Counted from the stretch's first letter, positions 39,874-49,937 are shown. The stretch is 64,000 bases of DNA from an uncultured Alphaproteobacteria bacterium (GCA_944391565.1 CALXUB010000021.1:15693-79692), one strand, 5' to 3'. Notes: generated by a model not told the origin, from the sequence alone. Translations and numbers: made by a program.

Positions 39874-40482
39874 CTAATTATTACGTTCCATTGAATTAAG
39901 CAATATTTTCATACGGTTCTGCTCTAAGAGATTTTGTTGCTCCATAAATTTATCAATCGCATTTTGAACATCTTGGACTGTCTGGCAAATACAAATGCTC
40001 TTTTTTGCAGCAATCCGATCTTTTTCTGACGGATTAAATAAAATATTCAGAAAAGTAATCCCTTTTTCGTCTGCATCAGGATATAGATCAGATAAACGAT
40101 CACCGATTAAAACGCATCTGGAAACATCTTTCGTACCGACTTTTTTTTCATAATCACCAAACATTCCTCTATCAGTTTTTTCCGAGTGCATCACAGAATC
40201 AAGATTCTGACCAAAAAATTCCAAAAGTTCAATGTATGTTTCAGTACCATTTGCCAATGAAATAATGGTATTTTTGAAACCATAGCGTTCTTTAACATTT
40301 TTTAGCATATCGAACATACTGTGATTGTAATACCTGTCAAAATACCTGTCAAATCCGACACCACTAGCTCGATAAGGCTCCTTGTCTGCCGCAGGCCTTG
40401 ATTTGACAATATCCAAATCTTGGGCTTTGTACATCCATAATGTCCCTTCTAAATCAATAAGTAAAACATTTTTATTTTCCAT
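39874..40482 (-). CDS. HAD-superfamily hydrolase-like protein
   Basis: Motif I variant LIDLEGT and motif IV IGDRLSD. Confidence 0.65.
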   Translation of the reverse strand: MENKNVLLIDLEGTLWMYKAQDLDIVKSRPAADKEPYRASGVGFDRYFDRYYNHSMFDMLKNVKERYGFKNTIISLANGTETYIELLEFFGQNLDSVMHSEKTDRGMFGDYEKKVGTKDVSRCVLIGDRLSDLYPDADEKGITFLNILFNPSEKDRIAAKKSICICQTVQDVQNAIDKFMEQQNLLEQNRMKILLNSMERNN

Positions 40483-40536
40483 TTTATTCTCCTTTAATAT
40501 CAATATATTATATCACAAAACTAAAATAAATTGTTA

Positions 40537-41700
40537 TTATTCTTTCTGGTTTTCTTTTATATTTTGCGACAGCGCTTTTTTGTGTGTAGCCACTTTACAT
40601 GGCATTTCTTTGCCGTATTTTTCATGAATCTTTAAAAGCGCCAACCGTGTTTCGCCGTCTATATACCTTGCGTCCAGAATCATCATCTGAATGCTGTCCG
40701 ACTTGCAGCCGTTTTGAAGCAGAACTTTAAGCATTGCTGCATTGCCGTTTTCGCATGCCATTTTAATTGTTTCTTCTGGCTTAGAAATTTGAAGACCTTT
40801 TGAAAACGCCCAGCTCATTAACGAAGCCTTGTCAGATTCGACAATCGCTTCTGTCAACGGATATTTTTTTGTTTTTATATCCGCTCCATGGTCGACAAGA
40901 ACTTCCGCGACCTTTTTATCACCTTTTTTCAAGGTCTGCCACAACAGCCAGTCTTTTATATCATCGCCTCTTTCAAAACGTTTGACTTTCCGCACGGCTT
41001 TAAAATCATAGCCTTTTTCTATAGCTTTATTTAAAACGGCCAAAGATGGAGCCTCTATAAAATCAGCTTTTGCGCCTTTGTCGAGTAAGAACAATTTCAT
41101 CTTGTCACTGGCGATGGAAAATAAGGTAAACGTATTACCATCATAATCACCCCAATGATACCAATCTAAGTCAATCTCATATTTTGATTTATCCAAAATC
41201 AGCTGTAATAATTCAGGAGAATCTTTTTTGATGACACGTGCCATGACAGGCTTTTGACGCCAGGCATCACCCACGTTATACTGACAAGTAAAGTTCGGAT
41301 TAGCGCCATTTTCAAGCAAATAGGAAACGCTCTCAGGAGACCAAGTTTCACCCTCAAAACCAATCTCGTCACCAAGCAGATTCATTTCCAATTCCGTTTT
41401 TGTCCAGTCAATGCAATACGGTTCCTTTTCCAAAAAGTATTCAAAAATCTTTTTATGACCTCTATAGGCACGACGAACGGAGACGGCTGAAATTGGCGTG
41501 CCGGCTTCTACTAAAATTTGAGCGGCCTCTAAGTTGTCTTGGTCAATCGCTTCATACAAAGGACTTTCCTTTTCAAACTCCTTGCCACATCCGCATCGAC
41601 ACGTAAAATAATCCGGTTTAATGTGTTTAGGATTTTTCGCCAGCTTGCGAAGTTTGTCCATATCGTTATGTTTAATGGCTGAAATCACATTATAATTCAT
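40537..41700 (-). CDS. Ankyrin-repeat protein
   Basis: SPLYEAI…LVEAG, LLENGANPN, LLDKGAK, LVDHGADI and LLQNGC repeats. Confidence 0.85.
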   Translation of the reverse strand: MNYNVISAIKHNDMDKLRKLAKNPKHIKPDYFTCRCGCGKEFEKESPLYEAIDQDNLEAAQILVEAGTPISAVSVRRAYRGHKKIFEYFLEKEPYCIDWTKTELEMNLLGDEIGFEGETWSPESVSYLLENGANPNFTCQYNVGDAWRQKPVMARVIKKDSPELLQLILDKSKYEIDLDWYHWGDYDGNTFTLFSIASDKMKLFLLDKGAKADFIEAPSLAVLNKAIEKGYDFKAVRKVKRFERGDDIKDWLLWQTLKKGDKKVAEVLVDHGADIKTKKYPLTEAIVESDKASLMSWAFSKGLQISKPEETIKMACENGNAAMLKVLLQNGCKSDSIQMMILDARYIDGETRLALLKIHEKYGKEMPCKVATHKKALSQNIKENQKE

Positions 41701-41702
41701 TT

Positions 41703-42437
41703 TTATTCTCCTTTCTCGTTTTTGTTAATGTTTTGAACTTGGACATCTTTGTGCGATGCGATTTTACGAACGGCAAACAAAGTTTTAAAGGCTTCATTTG
41801 CACTCCGACCTGCTACCGCCAAATTTTTGTTTTTAAAGGCTTTAATCTCGGTCACGTCTTTTGCCTCAGCTCCAAAGTATTCCGGTAACTGATAAGCATT
41901 GGCCTCTTCGATACTTTCAAACTCCACTTCAACAGAGGCAAAATCAAAGCCCATTTGCTCGTCATAAATATCGACTTCCAAAACATGCGTGCCGTCGTTG
42001 ATTTTAAAGCGCTCTTTTTTCACAAATCCAACTGCTTGTTTTTTAAAGGCCATTGCTTGTTCCGCCGAAATTTCAAACTCTTCTTCAAAGCGCATTAAAT
42101 CACCTTTTCCCTTAATCGTCAGGACAAATTTTTCGTTCCCATAATTGCGATAACGAATTTCCATATCGTTCAAACCGTCAGCAGCGATATAACCCGCAAA
42201 ATTGTGAATGACTGTATCGACAATGATATAGTCCGCAACATTGCGAATGACTTCATCAGAAACTTGAATTTTCTGCCCAGCACAATAGATGGATTTATAT
42301 CCGATCGTGAGCTCTGCTTTTTTTGGGTCTAAATAGCCTTGCTCCAAAGCTATCACCTCATGCGCTTTTTGTGCCAATACCTTTCGGTCAATTTTGGATT
42401 TAGGCATCACCCATTTTTTTTCGATTTCTTTTCCCAT
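41703..42437 (-). CDS. CYTH-domain (triphosphate tunnel metalloenzyme) protein
   Basis: EIEKKW (ExExK), EQGYL, RYR…LTIKG, RFEEEFEI and EVEF motifs. Confidence 0.88.
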   Translation of the reverse strand: MGKEIEKKWVMPKSKIDRKVLAQKAHEVIALEQGYLDPKKAELTIGYKSIYCAGQKIQVSDEVIRNVADYIIVDTVIHNFAGYIAADGLNDMEIRYRNYGNEKFVLTIKGKGDLMRFEEEFEISAEQAMAFKKQAVGFVKKERFKINDGTHVLEVDIYDEQMGFDFASVEVEFESIEEANAYQLPEYFGAEAKDVTEIKAFKNKNLAVAGRSANEAFKTLFAVRKIASHKDVQVQNINKNEKGE

Positions 42438-42438
42438 T

Positions 42439-43185
42439 TTATTCCTCTCTTTCATGTTGTTGGTTAATGTTGATTGGATAGTCTTTATGGCAGGCGACAA
42501 AACGCACAGCAGCTTTTTGTTCTGCCTCACAAACTTTGCCTTCAATCACTAAATCGGCAAATTCTTTGTTCGGTATGATGTACTTTGAAGCGGCTTTTGA
42601 TACAATCTCAAATTGCTTTTTCATTTGAAGCGGATCTTGATTACGCGTGATGGCTCTTTCTTGATAGCGCTTCCATTGAACGGCTTTATCGATTGATAAG
42701 TAAATTTTCAAGTCAAATAAATCCCGAACTTCTGGATATAACGTACAAATGCTTTCAACAAACACTATTTTTGAGGGCCGACAGTGTATGGCTTTTGCTT
42801 TTGACGAACCATCCCGCATTTCGTAATAAGGAGTATCAATCGTTCGCCCAGACCTCAAGGCTTTTAAATCCGAGGATAACAAATCCATTTGAAAGTTTTG
42901 AGAACTTTCTGTTTCATATCCACTTTCCACCAGTTTTGTAAAAGAGCCAACCTCCGAAATTCGATCAGAAATGTCACAAAAGTAATTGTCCGCACTGATA
43001 ACAGACATCTGAGGAACTTTGTCCTTCAAAGCATTCAACAAGGTTGTTTTTCCCGATGCACTTTCTCCACATAAAGCGACTAAAATGACATCTTGTTGCT
43101 TCATCAGCTTGGCTAATTTTTGTTTAATGGCAGGTGTTGATTGCAAAACATTTGCATGTTGTAAAATTGCATCAATTAAATTCAT
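42439..43185 (-). CDS. Uridine kinase/phosphoribulokinase-family P-loop kinase
   Basis: GESASGKTT, DNYF, PYYE, DLFDLKIYL and YIIPNKEFAD motifs. Confidence 0.85.
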   Translation of the reverse strand: MNLIDAILQHANVLQSTPAIKQKLAKLMKQQDVILVALCGESASGKTTLLNALKDKVPQMSVISADNYFCDISDRISEVGSFTKLVESGYETESSQNFQMDLLSSDLKALRSGRTIDTPYYEMRDGSSKAKAIHCRPSKIVFVESICTLYPEVRDLFDLKIYLSIDKAVQWKRYQERAITRNQDPLQMKKQFEIVSKAASKYIIPNKEFADLVIEGKVCEAEQKAAVRFVACHKDYPININQQHEREE

Positions 43186-43197
43186 TTTTTAACTCCT

Positions 43198-43260
43198 TTA
43201 TAAAGCTGCTAAAACTAAAGCGATGGGTACTAAAATTACAAAATCAATTAAATCTCTCAT
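43198..43260 (-). CDS. 20-aa hydrophobic peptide MRDLIDFVILVPIALVLAAL
   Basis: Strong SD AAGGAGG; its stop overlaps the SD of the kinase gene. Confidence 0.5.
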   Translation of the reverse strand: MRDLIDFVILVPIALVLAAL

Positions 43261-43378
43261 TTTTGCCTCCTTTATTCTCGTACAAGTTCTCTTTTTTCAA
43301 TCAACTTCAAAAGTTCTTTTCTTTTTGATACTTGTTTTTTTCCTTTTAAACCGCCGATCAATTCGCTCAAGATGAAAA

Positions 43379-43501
43379 TTAGCTTTCCAGTTCTTTTAGT
43401 TTTAAACGCCTTTTTTCCTTTCTGCTTTCTTCTTCACTAAGGAATAATTCATAGACCCACTCTTCAAGTTCAAAGAAAACGCCTTTTCCCAAATGTTCCA
43501 T
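43379..43501 (-). CDS. 40-aa charged peptide (MEHLGKGVFFELEEW…)
   Basis: Strong SD AAGGAGGAG; first ORF after an AT-rich promoter region. Confidence 0.45.
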   Translation of the reverse strand: MEHLGKGVFFELEEWVYELFLSEEESRKEKRRLKLKELES

Positions 43502-43725
43502 TTTCTCCTCCTTTTTGTTTTGCCCGGAAACTATTTCCTTGCTTACATCTTTAATTTAACACAAAAAATAAACACAATGAATATAAAATACATAGTTTTA
43601 TATTAAAATATGTGTTTTAAATTGTTTATAAAATATAAAATATGTAAAATAAATAAATGAGATATAAAAAAAGCATCCGAATTTGGATGCAAGAAGGGTA
43701 AAAAGAGATTAAAAAAGCGAATCGG

Positions 43726-44430
43726 TTACAAATTGTTCCAAATGAAATCGAATTGTTTCCGTGCTGTTTCTGCCGTTTGTTCGTGCGTTATAATCATAAT
43801 ACGAAAAGGCGTTTCAAAAAATAAATATGCCAACCGATCCTTATAAATAATGCTGGGCATGAGCGGCAGTCCTTTGACATTTGCCAAACGTTTTTCACCG
43901 CCAACGAAGGTAATCCCCGCATCTTGTTTAGGATAGCAAAGCGTCTTCACACGAATACCTTGATTTTTTGTAATTTTCTGTTGAAAAGCAGCAACATCTG
44001 ATTTACCAATTTGAAGCAGTTTGTTTTCGTCAATTCCGCAAAGCAGCAATTCTCCGCCTTCTTTATCCATAACATGAATGATGTTACGCAATAGCTGCAG
44101 CAAAGTACTTGCCCCTTCCAAAACTTTGACACGAAAGAAAGCATTTTCAATCCGCACGCCCGGACCATCAATAAACTGCACACCGCTTAGTTCGAATGTT
44201 TGCTGAATATCTGATATTGTATCCGTTCTGGCACTCGCGATGCCACGTTCAATATTATTGATTGCAGGCAAGGAATATCCTGATTTTTTGGCCAAATCCG
44301 CTTGTGACCAACCTAATAAAGCGCGTGCCGCTTTAATCTGCTCTGGGGCCAATGTTGGCAGAGAATTTAAATCTCGAACCAAAGTAATGTTTTTCTCTGA
44401 AATATATTCTTCTTTTTGTTTTTGAGCCAT
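43726..44430 (-). CDS. XRE-family HTH regulator with a C-terminal sensor-like domain
   Basis: QIKAARALLGWSQADLA…INNIERG; hairpin GCATCC…GGATGC downstream. Confidence 0.88.
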   Translation of the reverse strand: MAQKQKEEYISEKNITLVRDLNSLPTLAPEQIKAARALLGWSQADLAKKSGYSLPAINNIERGIASARTDTISDIQQTFELSGVQFIDGPGVRIENAFFRVKVLEGASTLLQLLRNIIHVMDKEGGELLLCGIDENKLLQIGKSDVAAFQQKITKNQGIRVKTLCYPKQDAGITFVGGEKRLANVKGLPLMPSIIYKDRLAYLFFETPFRIMIITHEQTAETARKQFDFIWNNL

Positions 44431-44539
44431 TTTCGTTTCCTTTTACTCAAAAGAATAATCCATCTTTCCAACTAAATCAATATAAAATACTTGCAAAAAC
44501 TATATAAAATGCATAAAATGAGCAAAAAGGGAACAAAAA

Positions 44540-45391
44540 ATGGATTATAACAAGGTTCAAACAATTATTGATATCTTACAAAACAGTTTGATTGTGGAAG
44601 CTGTACGTCCTACATTAAAAGATAAATTGCTGAGTGCTGATTTAAGCGAACCTAAATTAATTGCAATTTCTGGAGAAAGTGCCTCTGGAAAATCTGCTTT
44701 AATGAATACGATTAAACAGTACTTACCAAATGCAACTTATTTATCAACTGATAATTACTTTAAAGATTTTTCAGACGGCATTGCCTTGCATGGTTCGTTT
44801 GATGCAATGCTTGCTGCTGGGTATGCGATGCAAGCACCGTACAGCATTCATTTAGATATTTTAAGACAGAATTTACTTGATCTAAAAAACGGCAAAGACG
44901 TCAAAATTCCTCACCATTTATTGGACGGTTCAGGTAAAACAATTTTAAATGCCATTCCGGTAAAATCATCCAAGATTGTTTTTGTCGACGGATTTTGCAC
45001 ACTTTATGATGAAGTCCGTGATTTGTTTGATTTTGCTATTTATTTAGAAGTAGAAAGCTCTGTTCAGAAAAAAGCTTTCTTTGAGCTATCAGCTGACCGA
45101 AAAGCAACAGAAGAACAAACAAAACGAATTTTCAAAATCTTATCCGTTAGTTCTGAGATTTATATCAAACCAACCAAAGAATTTGCTGACGTTGTATTAA
45201 ATTTATTGAATGACGAACCACAGCAATCCGTTTTAGTTAAAGATGTTATTTCCTGTCTGAGTGGCCATCAAGTACAAGCTGAAACCTTGACACAAAAACT
45301 GATTCACCCAAGTGGTGACTTAGCTCTTCTCTGGCATTCTCTTTCTCCCACACTTCAAAAAGAAATTCTAAAAGAGTTGGATGGAAAGTAG
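44540..45391 (+). CDS. Second uridine kinase-family P-loop kinase
   Basis: GESASGKS, DNYFKD, TLYDEVRDLFD and YIKPTKEFAD; clear paralog of 42439..43185. Confidence 0.85.
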   Translation: MDYNKVQTIIDILQNSLIVEAVRPTLKDKLLSADLSEPKLIAISGESASGKSALMNTIKQYLPNATYLSTDNYFKDFSDGIALHGSFDAMLAAGYAMQAPYSIHLDILRQNLLDLKNGKDVKIPHHLLDGSGKTILNAIPVKSSKIVFVDGFCTLYDEVRDLFDFAIYLEVESSVQKKAFFELSADRKATEEQTKRIFKILSVSSEIYIKPTKEFADVVLNLLNDEPQQSVLVKDVISCLSGHQVQAETLTQKLIHPSGDLALLWHSLSPTLQKEILKELDGK

Positions 45392-45754
45392 TTAAATAAA
45401 ATAACTCTTTTGCTTAAATAACTTTTATTAATGTTTTATCATTAAAAAATTTTTCTTAAAATTTAGTTGCGCCTTATTTTGCAAGAATATTAAAAAATTA
45501 GAGTATGCAATAGGCAGAATCAAGTTAAAATATAGAAACCACTTAAAAACTGTACAAATACCATCGTTAGAAAATCAAGACATCTGATTTTCAAAGCGAG
45601 GCGGAAAAACGTGTCATTTATAGACTATTATTTGATGCCTATGACTTCTGTGCATTAGTAATATTAAATTAAAATCAGTCACAAACTTGCATTTGCAAAT
45701 GTTACATATTAGTTTAGTATAAGCAAAATTAATTTGATGTTAAGGTAAGATAGA

Positions 45755-46294
45755 ATGTGTTGTTATATTTGTAATTTAGTTATTGGTTTTATATCAAAAC
45801 TGTTAGAGCCTATGGCGCTTTTTACATTAATTTTAGTTGTATTTTCATATTTTCAATATTTAGTTCAAAAAAAAGCACATATGCTGAATTTGTTTAATAA
45901 ACGATGGCAAGCGTTTAAAGATTTACAAGAAATTGGGGAAAAAGCTGAAAATTGGAAACATATTTATTATCAAAACAAACCAGCTATAGAAGAAAATTAT
46001 TGGACAATGTATAATAAAATTAATCTGTTTGCTGATGAATGCGAAATTTTATTTAATAAAGATATTTCACAAATAGGTAAAGAAACTGCAGATTTTTTTA
46101 AGAAATATCATCAAATCATCGACCATATAAAAGATTGGGACAAATATCATGAAGAGGACCCAGAACAATTTACTAAAGAGAAAAAAAAAGATTTGTTTAA
46201 CGAGCAGATTAATACAAGTATAAAGTTACTTAAATTATTTGATGTTTGGTATAAGAAGATATTAACTTTCATAAAAGATAACAAAATAGATTAA
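45755..46294 (+). CDS. Hypothetical AT-rich protein with an N-terminal TM helix
   Basis: Long ORF in AT-rich DNA, TM followed by LFNKRW. Confidence 0.6.
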   Translation: MCCYICNLVIGFISKLLEPMALFTLILVVFSYFQYLVQKKAHMLNLFNKRWQAFKDLQEIGEKAENWKHIYYQNKPAIEENYWTMYNKINLFADECEILFNKDISQIGKETADFFKKYHQIIDHIKDWDKYHEEDPEQFTKEKKKDLFNEQINTSIKLLKLFDVWYKKILTFIKDNKID

Positions 46295-46443
46295 ATATCT
46301 ATCATAACTTCACTGTCTCAACACCTACAAGTTAGCAACCGATCAAAACCTGCTGTTTAACCATTTTTACTTCATCAGCGATTTTATTAAATCTGAGGTA
46401 AATTTTTGAAACTATTGTGTTGGACCATCGTATTAACACACTT

Positions 46444-47577
46444 TTAATCTCGACATTTTCCCTTATTAAATATTTCTATTGGATGAGGTATTCGCTTCCC
46501 TGACAATCTCTTATTTGCAAATCGCATTGTCCAAGGGCTTCTATAATTATTCCATACTTCTGGCTCTAATGCTGTACTTTTAAATGCCTTCTCTATAATT
46601 TTTCTTGCTTTAAAAAAGTATTCAATATTATTAGCCTCTGGCGTTTTAATTGTTGCAGACTGCTTATTGTGAATTTGTAATAAATTTACAATAGGAAACA
46701 CGTTACAAACTTCACGAAATTCATTAAAATATTTTTCTACAGTGTTTAACGGCTCCAGTCCTAAAACATAAGAATATGTAACCTCAAACTCCATTTTCCT
46801 TGCCTTTAACATAAGACTTTTAATATATTCAATAGACAATTTACTTTTGCTTTCTCTTAATTTATTTCTGTTTTCAAAGGTTTCTATGGAAAAACAGATG
46901 CGCATCGGTTGACATCCTACAAGCTGTTGCAAATCTTCTTCTGTTGATATTTGCGATCCTAAGTATAACAACCGTCCTTTAAAATTAAACTCATTGTCTG
47001 CAACATGCTTAATATTTTTTAATGTTTCGATAACTTGATTACTATCTGTATAGCAGCCTGTAACAACAGATAACTCAATTAAATCACCTAAGTCTTTCAT
47101 ATCATATTTATCCAGAAATTTAACAAAAAAGTTTTTAAAGTCTTCTTTTGTTAATAGTTTCTTATTATCATGAGGTATCTGGTAAATAGCATAACAAAAA
47201 TTACATCCCCTGCAGGACGTTCGTTGATTAGGATTTATATTTAAAGAAGTACGCTCTCTTCGCCAATAATGAGAGTTACATATATCTTCCGTAGTTCCTT
47301 CCATAAGACCTAATTCAGTGTTATTTAAAAGTAATTTATTATTATTCAATTTGAAGGGGCTATTTTTGTGAACTGGCAGAGCAAAATAAAAATAGCTTTC
47401 ATTTTCATTTACAGTCAGAGGAAAAAGATTCGTATTGGTTACATGAAGCTGTCCCCGCATGCGATCATAGCCACAATCATAGTCTACGCCCGTTGTATTA
47501 AGAGCAATAAATACACTGTCCTCCATAGGAATTTCATATTTTTCAGACAACTTTTTGATCAAATCAATATCTAACAT
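46444..47577 (-). CDS. Radical SAM-like protein with an atypical CxxCxxC motif
   Basis: SCRGCNFC, VVTGC, FSIETF and YSYVLGLE radical-SAM-like barrel motifs. Confidence 0.75.
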   Translation of the reverse strand: MLDIDLIKKLSEKYEIPMEDSVFIALNTTGVDYDCGYDRMRGQLHVTNTNLFPLTVNENESYFYFALPVHKNSPFKLNNNKLLLNNTELGLMEGTTEDICNSHYWRRERTSLNINPNQRTSCRGCNFCYAIYQIPHDNKKLLTKEDFKNFFVKFLDKYDMKDLGDLIELSVVTGCYTDSNQVIETLKNIKHVADNEFNFKGRLLYLGSQISTEEDLQQLVGCQPMRICFSIETFENRNKLRESKSKLSIEYIKSLMLKARKMEFEVTYSYVLGLEPLNTVEKYFNEFREVCNVFPIVNLLQIHNKQSATIKTPEANNIEYFFKARKIIEKAFKSTALEPEVWNNYRSPWTMRFANKRLSGKRIPHPIEIFNKGKCRD

Positions 47578-48416
47578 TTTTCTTTCTCTTCTCTTACGAG
47601 TTGGTTTAAAAAATCCACTTTCTTTTGAGAAACTAAAAGGGTAGATAAAACAGGAACAGTAATCACTTTATGCTTTGCAATAACTTTTGATACTTCATCT
47701 AAAAAACCTTCTCGTTTATCATCATCGCCTATATCTATAATTTTGGGAAAAGTCTTAAGCAACTGAGGATATGTTTTTTCATCATAGTTATAATGCGTCA
47801 GATACCTGTTCAAAAAGATCAAATTGAAATAAGGATTATGAGCGATTTGTGCAATTCGACCATTTAATTTATTTAAAACCCCTTCATTTACCTCCTTTGT
47901 TGTTTTAGGCGCATAAATATCGGGCAACCACTTTTGATATAGGTCCTCAATTTCTTTAGTTGTCGTATTTTCAGCCTTTAAAAAACTATTCCAAACTGTT
48001 ATCAACTTGCCATCCTCTGCAAGTAAGTTTAATAATTTTGGATAGACATCTTCATTTTTAAGCCAATGAAGTGCTGTAAAAGTAGCTATAGCTTCAAATT
48101 TTTCTGTTGTGGAAAAATCTTCAAATGTAGAATTTATAACCTGTATTTTGTTGTTATTGGCAACTGAAGCTCGTGCGATTTTGCATAAACTTTCCCCAGG
48201 CTCAACTGCAACGATACGACAATTAAAATTGCCTAATTTTTTTGTAGAAATCCCACTTCCTGCCCCAATCTCCAATATTCTGTTTGTATCTGTTATGTCG
48301 CATACCTTATAAATATCATCAAACAACTCATCTGGATAAGATGGTCTAACCTCATCGTAATTATTTGCATAAACATCAAAGGATGCATTAAAGAGTGTTT
48401 TTCCTCGAAAATCCAT
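47571..48416 (-). CDS. Class I SAM-dependent methyltransferase
   Basis: YDEVRPSYP, LEIGAGSG, VEP and TALHW motifs. Confidence 0.9.
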   Translation of the reverse strand: MDFRGKTLFNASFDVYANNYDEVRPSYPDELFDDIYKVCDITDTNRILEIGAGSGISTKKLGNFNCRIVAVEPGESLCKIARASVANNNKIQVINSTFEDFSTTEKFEAIATFTALHWLKNEDVYPKLLNLLAEDGKLITVWNSFLKAENTTTKEIEDLYQKWLPDIYAPKTTKEVNEGVLNKLNGRIAQIAHNPYFNLIFLNRYLTHYNYDEKTYPQLLKTFPKIIDIGDDDKREGFLDEVSKVIAKHKVITVPVLSTLLVSQKKVDFLNQLVREEKEKC

Positions 48417-48417
48417 T

Positions 48418-48972
48418 TTAATCGCCTCTCACAAAATTTTGAAATCTATTCTTAATAAAAGCCAAATCTAACGGTCTAGAAAAGTCCCGCCGCCCACCTA
48501 GTTTAATTGGAACGCGGATAAATCCCAACTTGCCGGTTGTGTTTTTAATCGCATAGATAAACTCATTCACAGTTTTAACATCTACCACTTTTCCATACCC
48601 AACTTCTGTTGCAATTTTACACAAATCAATATCTTTCGAAAAAGATTTTTCTTCACTACAAGAAGCATATGATCCATTATCTAAAATAATATGAAGCAAA
48701 TTATGGGGTTTTTGATTCCCCAAAGTAGCCATACTTCCTAAATTCATTAACAAAGCTGAATCTCCATCTATTACAATGACTCTTTTCTTCGTATTTAATG
48801 CGATGCCAAGCCCAATAGATGAAGCGGCTCCCATTGATCCTGTCATATAAAAGTTGCCTGGCCTATCATACTTTTCAAAAATTTCTCTTGAAATAAGCCC
48901 CGTTGTTGACACGATCAAATCGTCATCGTTAATATTATGAATTATTGTTTGTATAGCAACTTCTCTATTCAT
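48418..48972 (-). CDS. Sulfopyruvate/phosphonopyruvate decarboxylase beta-type subunit (ComE-like, ThDP-binding)
   Basis: STTGLISRE, FYMTGSMG and GDSALLMNLG…DNG motifs. Confidence 0.88.
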   Translation of the reverse strand: MNREVAIQTIIHNINDDDLIVSTTGLISREIFEKYDRPGNFYMTGSMGAASSIGLGIALNTKKRVIVIDGDSALLMNLGSMATLGNQKPHNLLHIILDNGSYASCSEEKSFSKDIDLCKIATEVGYGKVVDVKTVNEFIYAIKNTTGKLGFIRVPIKLGGRRDFSRPLDLAFIKNRFQNFVRGD

Positions 48973-49510
48973 GCTGCCACCCGCGTTTTAATAAAGCAAC
49001 AAATGGTAAATTAGTCTTTGCTATACGTTTAAAACCATTATCAACGAATTTCTCCATGCTTTCACCGTGGTAAACAGCATAATCAAGACCAAAAGATTGA
49101 ATTAATTTTTCTGTTGCAGATCCTGTTATAAAATGTTGAGGAGCGTTTTCTCCTTCACACCCACGATATGAAACTACCATATATACAGGTATTTCATAAG
49201 GGATTAAAAGGGATGCGATGTTATTACTTGCCGCAAATAGCCCTGAATTTTGCATATATAGCATCGTTTTTTGATTAGCTAATACTGCGCCCGCAGCTAT
49301 ACCAATAGACTCTGCCTCATTTGTAGCTGGAATATGTCGTATTTTGGGATCATTAGCGATGTTATTAATAATGTGCCTTATAACTCCGCATGGCACCCCC
49401 GTGGCGACTTTTATGCCATTTTGCTTTATTGCATTGTGGAATGCAATTGTTTTAGGAGTGTTTATAAAATCTAAATTATTAAAATTTTTCATGGTTATTA
49501 TTTTTAACAT
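48965..49510 (-). CDS. Sulfopyruvate/phosphonopyruvate decarboxylase alpha-type subunit (ComD-like)
   Basis: GVPCG, NEAESIGIAAG, MQNSGL and YRG…PQH motifs. Confidence 0.88.
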   Translation of the reverse strand: MLKIITMKNFNNLDFINTPKTIAFHNAIKQNGIKVATGVPCGVIRHIINNIANDPKIRHIPATNEAESIGIAAGAVLANQKTMLYMQNSGLFAASNNIASLLIPYEIPVYMVVSYRGCEGENAPQHFITGSATEKLIQSFGLDYAVYHGESMEKFVDNGFKRIAKTNLPFVALLKRGWQHE

Positions 49511-49778
49511 AAAGTTTAAAGAAGGTCAACAATTTCACTTCTAAAAAAACTAATTTTATCAATAAAAAATAATATGTTATGTATATTATTCTCTCAAGGG
49601 TACAAATTCAACATAAGATATTCATACCCATAGGGTTCAAGCGAGTATTAGCCTTAATATAGCCCTTTCATGATTTCAAACCGAGAAAGGATTATGTATC
49701 TTGCATGGCGCGCTTATAAACTAATATAACTATATGATAAATAAAGAAAAATCTCCATTTCTGACGATTTTTGAACTG

Positions 49779-49896
49779 TGGCTGGGTGGCTGATTGTCAA
49801 TCGGCTGATGCACGATTTATCATGCGCTATTGCTTGGACTGTCCTTACGGACATCGTGTCTGCGGGATACAAAGCATCCCTTGACACCGAACCAAC
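49779..49896 (-). pseudogene. Degenerate 3' fragment of tRNA-Gln(UUG) with a 92-nt palindromic insert in the T-loop
   Basis: tggctgggtggctgatt|insert 49796-49887|cgaaccaac versus the intact gene tggctggggtggctggatt|cgaaccaac. Confidence 0.7.
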
Positions 49897-49937
49897 TCAT
49901 GCCATTCGTTGACATCTAATCCAACACACCAAAACCA

